From Ignavibacteriota bacterium (lineage in GTDB: Bacteria; Bacteroidota; Ignavibacteria; UBA10030; UBA6906), in contig CAWDEM010000008.1 of assembly GCA_963801355.1 (NCBI GenBank), forward strand, positions 1,024,001-1,088,000: a DNA stretch of 64,000 bases. Direction: 5' to 3'. Position numbers and translations under genes: made by a program. The first letter of the stretch is position 1. Each line of letters starts with the position of its first letter. The notes under the pieces are model-generated. The model saw nothing but the letters and a program-made list of their open reading frames with translations, did no database searches and was not told the origin of the DNA. This document shows, one piece after another, positions 9,119 to 20,204 of this stretch.

Positions 9119-11492
9119 ATGCTTCGCGTTCACGTTACAACGACTAGATTTCTCTGCCTCATAGGCATGGCCTGTCAGATCGTCCTTGCGCAGTCATACG
9201 TTCCTGTCCGGGGAGATCCCCGCGTGGCCGTTCAGCCGACGGTGCATTTGGGGGCATATGGATTTGACCTGCGCGACGTGTCCCTTCTGGATGGCAGTCC
9301 ATTCAAAAATGCAATGGAGAAAGACGCAGCCTATCTGCTGCTGATTCAACCTGACCGGCTCCTGCACCGGTTCCATTCGAACGCAGGTCTGCCCACCAAA
9401 GGGGAAGTCTACGGGGGATGGGAGAGCGAAGGGCTCTCGGGACACACCCTGGGCCACTACCTGTCCGCTTGTGCAATGGTGTACGCCGGCACAGGCAATT
9501 CCGAATTCAAGGCCCGCGTTGAATATATCACAAATGAACTTGCCCGATGTCAGGCCGCACGTAAGACCGGCTACGTAGGAGCCATCCCGAATGAAGACAG
9601 CATATTCAGTAAAGTCGCCCGCGGAGAGATTCAGTCATCCGGGTTTGACTTGAACGGCGGATGGTCCCCCTGGTACACCGTGCACAAAATGATGGCGGGA
9701 TTGGTCGACGCCTATCTGTATTGTGGCAATGCGAAAGCACTGACGGTCGTGAAGGGCATGGCGGACTGGACCGGGCATGTCGTTGGTCATCTGACGGATG
9801 AACAGCGGCTCCGCATGCTCAACTGCGAATACGGAGGCATGAATGATGTGCTGGCGAATGTCTATGCCATCACGGGGAACAGGAAATATCTCGCACTATC
9901 GCAGAAGTTCCATGATGAGTTTGTCATGGGCAAACTTGCGCAGCGCATTGATCCCTTGCCGGGGAAGCACTCCAACACGAACGTTCCCAAAGCCATCGGT
10001 GCGGCCCGCCGTTACGAGTTGACGGGGGCTGAGTCGGACAACACCATCGCGTCGTTCTTCTGGGAGGTCATGGTGCACGATCACTAGCTACGTGATTGGA
10101 GGGAACAGCAATTACGAGTATTGTGGCGACCCGAAGAAATTGAACGACAGGCTCAGTGACAATACGTGTGAGACATGCAATACGTACAACATGCTGAAAC
10201 TCACACGTCATTTGTTCTGCTGGAATCCCACGCGCATGTATGCTGACTATTACGAGCGGGCCCTGTATAATCATATACTTGCATCGCAAAATCCCACCGA
10301 CGGCATGATGTGCTATTTCGTGCCTTTGCGCATGGGAGCGCGCAAGACCTTCAGTGATCAGTTCAACACGTTCACCTGCTGCGTCGGCAGCGGGATGGAG
10401 AACCACAGCAAGTATGCCGAAGCCATCTACTACGAAAGTCGGGACAGAGGTCTGTACGTCAATCTGTTCATTCCTTCCGAGCTCCGCTGGAGAAAACGCG
10501 GAGTGACCATTCGGATGGAAACCCGCTTCCCGGATTCCGATACAGTCACGATTTCCATACGCACGAAGAAATCCGTTCGCTTCCCTCTCTACGTCCGGGA
10601 GCCGGAATGGACCGGGAGCAAGATGCGGATTCTCGTCAACGGACACCTCATCGCATCCGCGCCGGATGCGGCAGGCTACCATCGGCTGTCGCCCGCGTGG
10701 CATGACGGCGACCGGATCACGGTTGTACTCCCGATGACAGTGCACACCGAGGGCATGCCCGACAATCCGGATCGCATCGCATTTCTCTCTGGTCCTATCG
10801 TGCTGGCGGCACAACTTGGCACGACAATGCCTGACCCTATTTACGGCACGCCCGTACTAGTCACTGAAGACCGGAGCCCGGCAAACTGGGTGCGGGCGGA
10901 GGCCGGTGCGCCGTTGACGTTTGTGGTGCACGGTGTGGGGAGGCCGTTTGACCCCGTGCTGAAGCCATTCTTCAGAACATACGATCAATACTACAGCGTC
11001 TATTTCGATTTCTTCACCGAACCAGGCTGGCAGGGACGACAGGCGGACTTCGAGGCGGAAAAGAAGAGAGTAGAGGAAATCACGGAGGCAACGATCGACG
11101 AGTTCCGCATAGGTGAAATGCAGCCGGAACGAGACCACAATCTTCAGGCGAACGAGAAGTCGTATGTCGACGCCGCGCTCGGCCGGCCAGGACGCGAGGC
11201 ACGCAGAGACAACCATTTCTCGTTCGATATGAAAGTGCAGCCGGGAGCGCGAAATTCTCTTCTTCTGACGTACATTGGCGACGACAATGACAGGAAGTTC
11301 GACATTTGCATTGACGGAGAGCTGCTTGCCACAGTTGAATGGACGGGTGGTAAGCCGGGGAGGTTTTACGATGTAGAGTATCCGCTTCCCGACTCCCTCA
11401 TTGCAGGCAAAACAAAGACAAGAGTACGGATTGAAGCGAACCATGGTAAGACGGCCGGGCGAATCTTCGGGTGCCGAACGTTGAGGAGGTAG
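9119..11492 (+). pseudogene. Glycoside hydrolase family 127/146 (beta-L-arabinofuranosidase-like), split by one frameshift (possibly a sequencing error)
   Basis: YGGWE, GHTLGHYLSA, PWYTVHK, EYGGMND, HSNTNVPK, ETCNTYNMLKL, FTCCVGSGME. Removing T10085 restores HDHSYVIGGNS. Confidence 0.85.
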
Positions 11493-11572
11493 AAAGGATT
11501 CAGGTCCCGGACAATCGTGGTCCGTCAACACACGAGGCACTCCCGCTTCCACACAAATCCGGAGAACCACTC

Positions 11573-12563
<991 letters not shown>

Positions 12564-12588
12564 GATTTCTTGCAGTCTTCTTCAGGTT

Positions 12589-13368
12589 CTATACTTCTTC
12601 TTCCGACGGCTCCTTGCCGTGCCGAAGAGTCTCCAGCTCGCGACGCAGGGGCGCCCAGTATACGCGGTCGACTTCCCGCTCCCGATGCTCTTCCTGTTCC
12701 AGGCCTGCTTGAATCCCCTGCTCATCCTGATTCCGTGCGGCCGCGAGCAAAGGCCGCACTCTGACGACCGATTCCAGCTTTTCGGGATGGGAACGCGCCA
12801 TGTCGATGAGCATGGAAGGCGTGCGCGACTCACGGAGCCAGAATTCCAGATCCGCATCCGACGTCGTCTCGTGTGCCACGTAATCAGCCTCTACGAGCCG
12901 GCGGATCATCGGCCAGTCCTTGTCACGCTGTGTCTTCTTTGAGCGGATGAGGTCCTGCAGTGAAATCAACTCATACTGCTGTCCGTCATCGTCAGCAAAT
13001 TGAGTCCGGCGCTCCCAGAGCATGTCAAATCGATCAACGCCTCTCATGACCGACATGATGTCGATTCGCATGTTCAACGCATCGGGGTGATGGCACCGGA
13101 AATGAATTGCGTGCCCGCGGAGGAGAAACTGCCGATCAAAGGGAGGCATGGCGATCCTGCGTGCCTGGAGTTCGCGAAGTGCGGCGCGCAGAAGTGCGAG
13201 GTTGTCGTCCGTAGCAAGAATGGTGAGGTCGGTATCGCGGCTGAATTCAGCGGCCCCGTAGAACACGCAGGCCTGGCCGCCTATGAGCAGGGCGCGTACC
13301 TTGTGCGCGGACAGCGTCGAAAGGACTTTCTGAATCGGGTTCCGGATCGAGGGAGCCTCCCACGGCAA
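12589..13368 (-). CDS. Putative nucleotidyltransferase (pol-beta superfamily; start uncertain, TTG 13368 or ATC 13347)
   Basis: LIGGQA...SRDTDL (GG + DxD), RIDIM and LIRSKKTQRDKD motifs of AbiEii/DUF6036-like NTases. Confidence 0.7.
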   Translation of the reverse strand: MPWEAPSIRNPIQKVLSTLSAHKVRALLIGGQACVFYGAAEFSRDTDLTILATDDNLALLRAALRELQARRIAMPPFDRQFLLRGHAIHFRCHHPDALNMRIDIMSVMRGVDRFDMLWERRTQFADDDGQQYELISLQDLIRSKKTQRDKDWPMIRRLVEADYVAHETTSDADLEFWLRESRTPSMLIDMARSHPEKLESVVRVRPLLAAARNQDEQGIQAGLEQEEHREREVDRVYWAPLRRELETLRHGKEPSEEEV

Positions 13369-13468
13369 GATAGAAGGACCAGAGTTTGCCGGTTTCCCGC
13401 CAGCGCTGCGCCGGCGTCATCCGGTACCAATCCATCCATTCGTCATCGGGTATGGATGCTGTATACAT
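13247..13468 (-). CDS. Small hypothetical protein, putative antitoxin overlapping the NTase gene
   Basis: 73 aa, WYRMTPAQRWRE motif, sits directly after a sigma70-like promoter. Confidence 0.6.
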   Translation of the reverse strand: MYTASIPDDEWMDWYRMTPAQRWRETGKLWSFYLAVGGSLDPEPDSESPFDAVRAQGTRPAHRRPGLRVLRGR

Positions 13469-13474
13469 GTGCCA

Positions 13475-13503
13475 AATATATCAACTCCCAGCGACGGAAG
13501 CAA
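13475..13503 (-). promoter_or_regulatory. Sigma70-like promoter, probably giving a leaderless mRNA
   Basis: TTGCTT-N17-TATATT ending 6 nt before ATG 13468. Confidence 0.6.
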
Positions 13504-13552
13504 ATGAGGGCAATTTGTTGCTCTTTCATGGGGAAACAGGCGGCTGCCAATT

Positions 13553-14164
13553 TCACACTATGCGGTGGGAAGAAAACGCCTTGAGCAGCGTGGATTTGGT
13601 TTTTCTTACCGCCGCCACATCGGACAGCAGCACGACTTCGACTTTGCAGCTTTTGGCAAAATGGATGGCTGGTATGAAATCCGCATCGGAGGTCGCGAGC
13701 AAAATGCGTTCGATCCTTTGCCCAATCGAAAGCTTGGCCACGTCGAGACCTATCTTCATATCCACCTGTTTCTGGGACAGGACCGGTTCAAAGTCTTCGT
13801 CTGAAAGACGACCTGGTGTTTTCATGAGTCTCTTCACCGACGATTCTTTCAGGCTCCATCCGTCGAACGAGAGATGCCCGCGGCGGTAGACAAAGAATGG
13901 GTTCTCCATGAGGGATTGCTGAAACTCGATTGCCCGGGCATGAACGCTTGTGGTTGTGAAGTCCTGTAGCTTTCGTGAGACTGGCAGCGTCTTCTTTTCA
14001 GCGAATGGAGGGCAGTCGTAGAAATGGGTCTTGAGCAGAATCTCGCCGGGTTTCAGAACTGATGTGCAGAACTTCTCAATCTCCGGGACTGAAGGGAAGT
14101 GACCTATCCTACGCTGCAGGAGCCGTCGCGTGAAATCACCGTCCAGCAGAATCGCGGTATCCAT
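13553..14164 (-). CDS. NYN domain (LabA/DUF88, PIN-like) ribonuclease
   Basis: AILLDGDF, FYDCPP, QKQVDMKIGLD, ATSDADFIPAI with acidic catalytic residues intact; SD GAGGAGG. Confidence 0.9.
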   Translation of the reverse strand: MDTAILLDGDFTRRLLQRRIGHFPSVPEIEKFCTSVLKPGEILLKTHFYDCPPFAEKKTLPVSRKLQDFTTTSVHARAIEFQQSLMENPFFVYRRGHLSFDGWSLKESSVKRLMKTPGRLSDEDFEPVLSQKQVDMKIGLDVAKLSIGQRIERILLATSDADFIPAIHFAKSCKVEVVLLSDVAAVRKTKSTLLKAFSSHRIV

Positions 14165-14175
14165 CAAGCCTCCTC

Positions 14176-14217
14176 AAAAAAAAGTGAACCCCCTGCACGA
14201 AGGGGTACAAGGGGTTC
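14176..14217 (-). terminator. Intrinsic terminator immediately upstream of the NYN gene
   Basis: Minus strand GAACCCCTTGTAC-CCCTTC-GTGCAGGGGGTTC (13-bp stem, 2 GU pairs) followed by AC and T8, then the SD. Confidence 0.8.
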
Positions 14218-14250
14218 TATGCCGGCCTACCGGCGTTGCGGATTTGAAGC
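14176..14250 (-). ncRNA. Candidate ~75-nt small RNA / leader (possible RNA antitoxin)
   Basis: Bounded by a promoter and a terminator; contains a GCCGG-TAGG-CCGGC hairpin plus the terminator hairpin. Function is inferred only. Confidence 0.5.
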
Positions 14251-14256
14251 ATCAAT

Positions 14257-14285
14257 AAGATACGGCAGACGGCGGCTATTGTCAA
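14257..14285 (-). promoter_or_regulatory. Sigma70-like promoter for the NYN locus
   Basis: TTGACA-N17-TATCTT on the minus strand. Confidence 0.75.
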
Positions 14286-14398
14286 GCGGAATTCAAGGCC
14301 GAATGGGCTAAGCCGAGTGGGCTGAGGCCGACTGGGCAGAGTCCTAAGCGGTGACATTTCTATCGAGTCAGAACAGGGCCTCCTGGGCACAATATCGA

Positions 14399-14462
14399 GG
14401 ATCAGACCCGCACCAATAGTCAATAGACTATTCACAATCACCAATGGGTTGGGTCTGACCCC
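14399..14462. repeat. REP-like palindrome, copy 2
   Basis: GGATCAGACCCGCACCAATAGTCAATAGACTATTCACAATCACCAATGGGTTGGGTCTGACCCC. Confidence 0.85.
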
Positions 14463-14468
14463 AACCGA

Positions 14469-17315
14469 TCATCTCAAAAGCAAGAGTCTACGCGTCTGCA
14501 CAAAACCGTCTCGCGAGCCTCCCGAAGGACTCCCGACGGTCATCCTGTAGAAGTACACACCGGTAGAAAGTCCAGCAGCATTGAACACCACCTCGTAGCT
14601 CCCCGGTGCTTTCGGTTCGTCCACAAGCACGGTCACTTCCCGACCCAACAGATCGTAGACGGCCAGCCTGATCCAGCTAGACGACGGCCCCCTGGGGCCA
14701 GACCCCGTATTCGCACCCGGTTCCCCACCCGCCGCACCCGAGACCCGATACCCTATTCTTGTACTCGGATTGAATGGGTTTGGATAGTTCTGCTCGAGAA
14801 CGTATTCTTTGGGCAGCTGCAGGGATTGGTCAGAGGATACCTCCGTTGTCAATTCCAAATAGAAGTCGATGTTCGGCGTCGTTCCTCCGGCGACCACCAC
14901 CGCCTGGGCACTCGCGGGCACAAGAGGCATCGGCACCTGCATGACACTGTCCGGATGGACATCCAGCCCCGAATACCACTGGGTGACATACCGGTTCGAG
15001 TTCGCACGCAGCGACACTGCGAGCACATGGTACGTGCCCGGCCAAAGGCCCTTCAGACGGTAAGCACCGGAGAAAGACCCGGCAGAACTCGTGTACGCTC
15101 CCACGGCAGCGGGATGCCCTTGCTCATTGAAGGCATAGATCATAAACACCCCTGAGGTCATCGGTTTTCCCGTTCCGCGATCGAACACTGTCCCCGATAC
15201 TGCACCTGTCGTCCGTTCCATCACGAGATCGTTCAATTTGAGAGAGGTGCTCCCGGTCAGCGGCACACTCTTTGCCCCGGAGTCGGCGAAACTCCGTCCG
15301 TGTTCATAGTAGCAGATAGCGAGACTGTCGTCCAACACTGTGGAATTCGTCTGGGCGCTAAACGCCGCGATCTTGTAGGTCCGTGGAAGGACCGTTGTCT
15401 GATATCCACCGACAAAGGAAGTGTTCCGATAGGCGGCGTACTCCCCGTTCTCCGTATACAACATCACATCGATGATGTGGTCGGATTCGGTCAGGCGTCC
15501 GCCATTCTTGTCCGTCACAAAACCACCCACAGTGGCACTATACTCCAGGGTGAAATCGACGCCCAACACCGCTGCAGGCGCGGTTACGCTGACTATTGCC
15601 GCGCTCTGAACCGAAGGTTTTCCATTGTACCATTCAGAAGCATAGTCCGTGCCGGAATAGGAACAGAAAACTATATACGGAGCTGTGGGCAGCCCTCCCA
15701 GTGTATACGTCCCACCACTGACCCCCTTTCCCATAATCCTCTTCCCTTGCGCATCGCAGGCATACACCGTTGCACCACTGCTCAGTGGAGCGCCGGTTGG
15801 CGTCAGCACATTGCCAGTAATTGTTCCTCCCCGAGCGAGCGTGATATTGACATTCTTCGTCGTATCGGGAGGGCGAACCTCCACGAATGTCGCATGGTCA
15901 AAATCATCCGCACCATTGTACCACTTGTCGATTGCATGCGGACCGGAATATGAGTATGACTTGACAGAAGAGGCGATGACCTTATATCGACCGGCCGGAA
16001 GCCGGCCGATGCAATAGTCACCGTTTCCTGCGGTCAGGGCCCCCATGATGGAATTCTGCCACTCATCGTACACAGCAACGGTAATCCCAGCCGGCCAAAG
16101 TGGGTAGACTATCCTACCCGCTATGGCGCCGGCGCGGTGGAGCGTGACGGTAATCTTTGTTGTCTCAGGTGCCACGACGTCAATAGGCGTAGCATTCGCT
16201 TCTGTGTTGGTTCCATCGTACCATCCATCGGCGTAGTTGAGGGCGCCATGGTATGAATACGACACGTAGTATCTACCAGTCGCCAGCTTCGGGACGAAGA
16301 AAGTGCCGTCCGGACTATTCATCACGAAACCCAGTCCACTTCCCTCGGCATCACTCACTTCGATCTGGCACGCCTGTTCGGTAAGAATCCCTCCCCCCTC
16401 AGCAATCACCGTCCCACTGATCCCGCCGCCCGGCAGGAGATAGAAATCTTTTGTCTTCGAAGTCTCCGGTTCGACTACATGGATGAGGTCGGCCGCATCA
16501 AAACTTCCTGCCCCGGAGTACCATTGCGTCGTGAAGTTGACGCTGTCGTCGCTCGATGCCTCCAGCTTGTAATCTCCGGTCGGGAGGCCGATAATGGCGT
16601 ATTTCCCGGAGGAATCAGTGACATCCATGTTCAATGAGTTGTTCTGGCTGTCGTAGGCAATCACGTAGCATTCCGCAAGCGGCACAGTGTCCACGGAAAA
16701 CACCCTTCCGGAAATCGCCCCGCCATATTGATGGAGGATGAAATTGACGCCTGTGGTTTGTTGTCCATCCGTTACATGCACGAGCGCAGCATTATGCCAG
16801 TCGATCACGCCGTTGTAGTACTCCTCGAGGTAGGGAGACCGCGGAAGCAGCCTCAAATAGTAATCGCCGGTCGCCAGGGCCTTGACCTCATACGCTCCGG
16901 TCCCGTCGTAAGCCACTGACCCGTAGCCACAGTACTTCCCGAACTCGTTATATGCCCAGACCGAGGCGAATCCCGTTGTCGGCGTCACGCCGTCACTCTC
17001 GAGAACCTTCCCTGCAATTGAGCCGGTTCCGGCGACGGCTTGAAAGGATCGCAGGTAAATATCGATTTCGCTGTCGGTCTTTCCTTGCGCCTGGAGCCGT
17101 GCAATCGCTTCGGAGCATGCGTTGATCCTGTGCAGCGGGTCCTGGCTCGCGGACCTGGTCTTCTGGCTTTCCTGAACAGATCCGCCCGGGCAGGGAGGAA
17201 CCATCATTCTGACAAATGGTACCATTCCCTGCTCATCCTGCGCCTTCGTGTAGCGAAGGGGACAGAACGCGAGTGCGACGATGATAGGGAGAACGAGGAT
17301 CGAGTACTTGTGCAT
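14469..17315 (-). CDS. Secreted protein with tandem carboxypeptidase-regulatory-like (Cna-B/prealbumin-fold) repeats and T9SS CTD
   Basis: About 7 repeats of G.ISG.V...G.Y.I.GL..G.Y...WY.G...A..V.V; QNYPNPFNP C-terminus. Confidence 0.85.
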   Translation of the reverse strand: MHKYSILVLPIIVALAFCPLRYTKAQDEQGMVPFVRMMVPPCPGGSVQESQKTRSASQDPLHRINACSEAIARLQAQGKTDSEIDIYLRSFQAVAGTGSIAGKVLESDGVTPTTGFASVWAYNEFGKYCGYGSVAYDGTGAYEVKALATGDYYLRLLPRSPYLEEYYNGVIDWHNAALVHVTDGQQTTGVNFILHQYGGAISGRVFSVDTVPLAECYVIAYDSQNNSLNMDVTDSSGKYAIIGLPTGDYKLEASSDDSVNFTTQWYSGAGSFDAADLIHVVEPETSKTKDFYLLPGGGISGTVIAEGGGILTEQACQIEVSDAEGSGLGFVMNSPDGTFFVPKLATGRYYVSYSYHGALNYADGWYDGTNTEANATPIDVVAPETTKITVTLHRAGAIAGRIVYPLWPAGITVAVYDEWQNSIMGALTAGNGDYCIGRLPAGRYKVIASSVKSYSYSGPHAIDKWYNGADDFDHATFVEVRPPDTTKNVNITLARGGTITGNVLTPTGAPLSSGATVYACDAQGKRIMGKGVSGGTYTLGGLPTAPYIVFCSYSGTDYASEWYNGKPSVQSAAIVSVTAPAAVLGVDFTLEYSATVGGFVTDKNGGRLTESDHIIDVMLYTENGEYAAYRNTSFVGGYQTTVLPRTYKIAAFSAQTNSTVLDDSLAICYYEHGRSFADSGAKSVPLTGSTSLKLNDLVMERTTGAVSGTVFDRGTGKPMTSGVFMIYAFNEQGHPAAVGAYTSSAGSFSGAYRLKGLWPGTYHVLAVSLRANSNRYVTQWYSGLDVHPDSVMQVPMPLVPASAQAVVVAGGTTPNIDFYLELTTEVSSDQSLQLPKEYVLEQNYPNPFNPSTRIGYRVSGAAGGEPGANTGSGPRGPSSSWIRLAVYDLLGREVTVLVDEPKAPGSYEVVFNAAGLSTGVYFYRMTVGSPSGGSRDGFVQTRRLLLLR

Positions 17316-17387
17316 GGCCTCCTCCGTTCACTGTGCGCTTCTCACACCGGTCCAGCGGGCATTGTGTGTGCATTGTCCCCCGGCCAC

Positions 17388-17460
17388 GGGTCAGACCCGA
17401 ACCAATTGAGAATTGTCAATCGACTATCGACGATCGATCAATCGGTCGGGGTCTGACCCC
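17388..17460. repeat. REP-like palindrome, copy 3
   Basis: GGGTCAGACCCGAACCAATTG...CAATCGGTCGGGGTCTGACCCC, with a slightly longer core. Confidence 0.85.
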
Positions 17461-17515
17461 AATTCGCATATGAGTGTCCACAACCGAGGCAAAAAAGTCG
17501 GAACTCACTCTTGCT

Positions 17516-17959
17516 CTATTTGAGAGTGATTTCTCGAACCAGCTTGTCGCCCAGAATTTCCCGCATCTCGCTGCGCTTGTTGACACCGACCTTCTGCTGT
17601 TCCGGCGAACCGGCAATCTTCACATCAATGGCATTGTATTTTTCGGCGATGCCATCCAGAGCCGCCATGTTCTTGTATTCGATCATCAACATAAGATCCC
17701 AGTCGTCCTCGGTTGCTGCTAAGCCGGAGAGGATCTTGTATGACAATATCAAGCCTTGCTTCTTGGCTTCCTCGTTTTCGGTTCGCCAAACGGCAGCAAG
17801 GTTCCTGAGGTAGTCATCCTCCATGCCAGGCTTCGTCCTGACGAATGTCAATTCCCAGACAGTTCCCTCCTTATAGGGAAGTTCCTGGGCCGCGCTTTGT
17901 GCCGGAAGAGACAGAAGTACCAGCAGTGCAATGAGACAAAAACGGCTCGTGTATTTCAT
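17516..17959 (-). CDS. Secreted hypothetical protein (possible dimeric alpha/beta barrel)
   Basis: Signal peptide, SD AAGGAG, 147 aa with protein-like composition. Confidence 0.75.
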   Translation of the reverse strand: MKYTSRFCLIALLVLLSLPAQSAAQELPYKEGTVWELTFVRTKPGMEDDYLRNLAAVWRTENEEAKKQGLILSYKILSGLAATEDDWDLMLMIEYKNMAALDGIAEKYNAIDVKIAGSPEQQKVGVNKRSEMREILGDKLVREITLK

Positions 17960-18003
17960 GGTGATCTCCTTTGACCTTGATTGTGGGCTCTCATGTGTGA
18001 AGG

Positions 18004-19842
18004 CTACTTCGCAAGAAGGATCTTACGCACTTGAACGGTATTACCTGCTCTGCTCTTGGAGTCACGCCCGATGGTGGACTCCAGAGGGTGGGCCTGCATC
18101 CTGCACAAATACGCGCCGCTCGACAATTTAGCTGCGTCAAACTCAACTTCATAGATTCCCGCTTCCCTCTTCTCATTTACAAGCACAGACACCTCACAAC
18201 CGAGCATGTCATAAACACTCAACCGGACGTAAGAAGCCTCAGGCAGCTCGTACTTGATGGTCGTGCTCGGGTTGAACGGATTCGGATAGTTCTGCATGAG
18301 CGCGTAGCCACCCGCAACGGCCCTGTTGCCCACACTCGTCACAGAAGGCATGACAACATTGACTACTGGCGAGTAATTCACTGAACCGTCCAGATCGATC
18401 TGCTTCAGACGGTAACTCCAGTTTCCCTGGCCTGCGGTTCTGTCCGTGTAGGTGTACGTCTGGGGCGCCACAGTGGTCCCATGGCCGGCAACAAATGCAC
18501 CGTCGAGTGTTCGGAACTCAGCGTCAGCGCTTCCCTTCCGTTGAATTTCGAACCCATAGTTGTTTGTTTCGGACAACGTTTTCCATTCAAGTGTCACAGA
18601 AGCTGAATTAGAAACCCGCGCATCGAAAGCGGCCAGCTGAACCGGCACGGGTGGCTCATAGATAGGCGTGACTGCATCAAGAGCCACGCCTCCTTCGTAT
18701 GTGCCGGCCAATGTACCCCAGATGTCCACGAAGACCTCGGCGATCGTATAGTGTGTCGGAAACGTAGGAATCGCAGACCAATCGAAGGCGAGAAAATTCC
18801 AGACAGCCGTACCGTCGCCATACACATCGTGGAGAAGCACTTGCGCATCGCCGTTGTAGAACCACCGATATCTGGACTGATCAATATCCCACGCCTTGAC
18901 GTAGAGGTTGGCGTGGACCGCGGAGGGTCCCATGCAATTCGCGATCTGAACCGTATACCCTATGGCGCTCTGCCATGCCGACAGGGAACTCAGATCCGGA
19001 GAGTGCATTTGCATGATCCACCAGGTTCCAGCCGAGCCCGTGACCCCGTGACCACTTGTGCATCCCATGTAGTACGAGCCGCAGTTGTCACCTCCGACTG
19101 CCTGTCCGGGGGGCGACGGACAATCAATCTCGTCTTTCCACAACGAGACGAAATTCGAGGAGAACGGACCAGCCCCGTTGTTGTCGAAGGCCCCCTGGAG
19201 CGTCCATCCCTGCGTTGTACCGTCGCTGAAGGAATACGATGTTCCCAGCTGAACGAACTCAAGATTGTCCAGGTTGTTTTCCGCATACATCGAGGTCACC
19301 ACGATCGATCTGATGCCTGTGGAATGGTCTTCATATGAAACTTGGGCGTAGCTACCACTATTCCAGGGAATTGCTTCAAAATAGAGAAGGTTCGTGCTCG
19401 CCAGGTCGCTGTAGTACGCCACCTTCATGTAGTCAGGCGTGTGCACAGGGATCATGTCGTGACTCAATTCGAGTTGGACGCGTTCTTTCGCCGACGTGAA
19501 ACGGATCACCACCTGCCCGCTTGCGTCAGTGGTGCTGTTCGAGGTGATCAGTGGCGAGAAAAACAGGGATCGCAGACCCACGCCCATGCTGGTTACATTC
19601 ATCTCGCCATAGGTGATGATGAAACTGACCCCGTAGTCCGTATCAGTAAGCGTGTTCGCGGGGCCGCCATGGTAGAGCTTGTATCCCACCGCTGAATTCC
19701 ATTTGCTCTGTTCAAATGTGATAATCCCGCTCTGGGCTGTGGCAAGGCTGGAAAGCAACATCACGCAGAGCAGAAGACCGAGTCCGCGGAGAAGCCAGAA
19801 TGTGGCGAGACGGGGTCGGCGAGAGGAAAGACATTTGTCCAT
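18004..19842 (-). CDS. Secreted protein with T9SS type A sorting domain
   Basis: SD AAGGAGG, signal peptide, PVPVQLAAF...LEWKTLSETNNYGFEIQR...YRLKQIDLDG linker domain, QNYPNPFNP. Confidence 0.85.
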   Translation of the reverse strand: MDKCLSSRRPRLATFWLLRGLGLLLCVMLLSSLATAQSGIITFEQSKWNSAVGYKLYHGGPANTLTDTDYGVSFIITYGEMNVTSMGVGLRSLFFSPLITSNSTTDASGQVVIRFTSAKERVQLELSHDMIPVHTPDYMKVAYYSDLASTNLLYFEAIPWNSGSYAQVSYEDHSTGIRSIVVTSMYAENNLDNLEFVQLGTSYSFSDGTTQGWTLQGAFDNNGAGPFSSNFVSLWKDEIDCPSPPGQAVGGDNCGSYYMGCTSGHGVTGSAGTWWIMQMHSPDLSSLSAWQSAIGYTVQIANCMGPSAVHANLYVKAWDIDQSRYRWFYNGDAQVLLHDVYGDGTAVWNFLAFDWSAIPTFPTHYTIAEVFVDIWGTLAGTYEGGVALDAVTPIYEPPVPVQLAAFDARVSNSASVTLEWKTLSETNNYGFEIQRKGSADAEFRTLDGAFVAGHGTTVAPQTYTYTDRTAGQGNWSYRLKQIDLDGSVNYSPVVNVVMPSVTSVGNRAVAGGYALMQNYPNPFNPSTTIKYELPEASYVRLSVYDMLGCEVSVLVNEKREAGIYEVEFDAAKLSSGAYLCRMQAHPLESTIGRDSKSRAGNTVQVRKILLAK

Positions 19843-20127
19843 ATCGCCCTCCTTCGAAAGTCCGAAGATGTAAGAAACGGGCCGGCAGCTCTTGCCGGGG
19901 GCTGGAGCACAAATCAAGGGAATCGCTGTAGCATCAGCCGGAGGGTCGTCGGGTGGGCTCTAAAACGGAGGAACTAGAACAGGGTCCAGAGCGGCTGCCC
20001 TCAAGCCGGAGAGACCGTTGGGCACACCATTGTTTGCCGGAATCTACACTAGAGAAACCTGGAAAGCAAGTCCTTCAGCTTCGGCTAATGTGCTTCGGGA
20101 AATGTGGCAAATCCAATGGGTGCACAT

Positions 20128-20193
20128 GGGCTCAGACCCGAACCAATTGTCAATAGTCAATTGACAATCGTCAATTGGTTGGGTTCAGACTCC
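20128..20193. repeat. REP-like palindrome, copy 4
   Basis: GGGCTCAGACCCGAACCAATTGTCAATAGTCAATTGACAATCGTCAATTGGTTGGGTTCAGACTCC. Confidence 0.85.
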
Positions 20194-20204
20194 TGTGCGC
20201 AGCT

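Noticed and set aside
10080-10095. Programmed frameshift or TAG readthrough in GH127
   Set aside because: The continuation is in another frame, there is no slippery site, and it matches the window-wide +1 error pattern.
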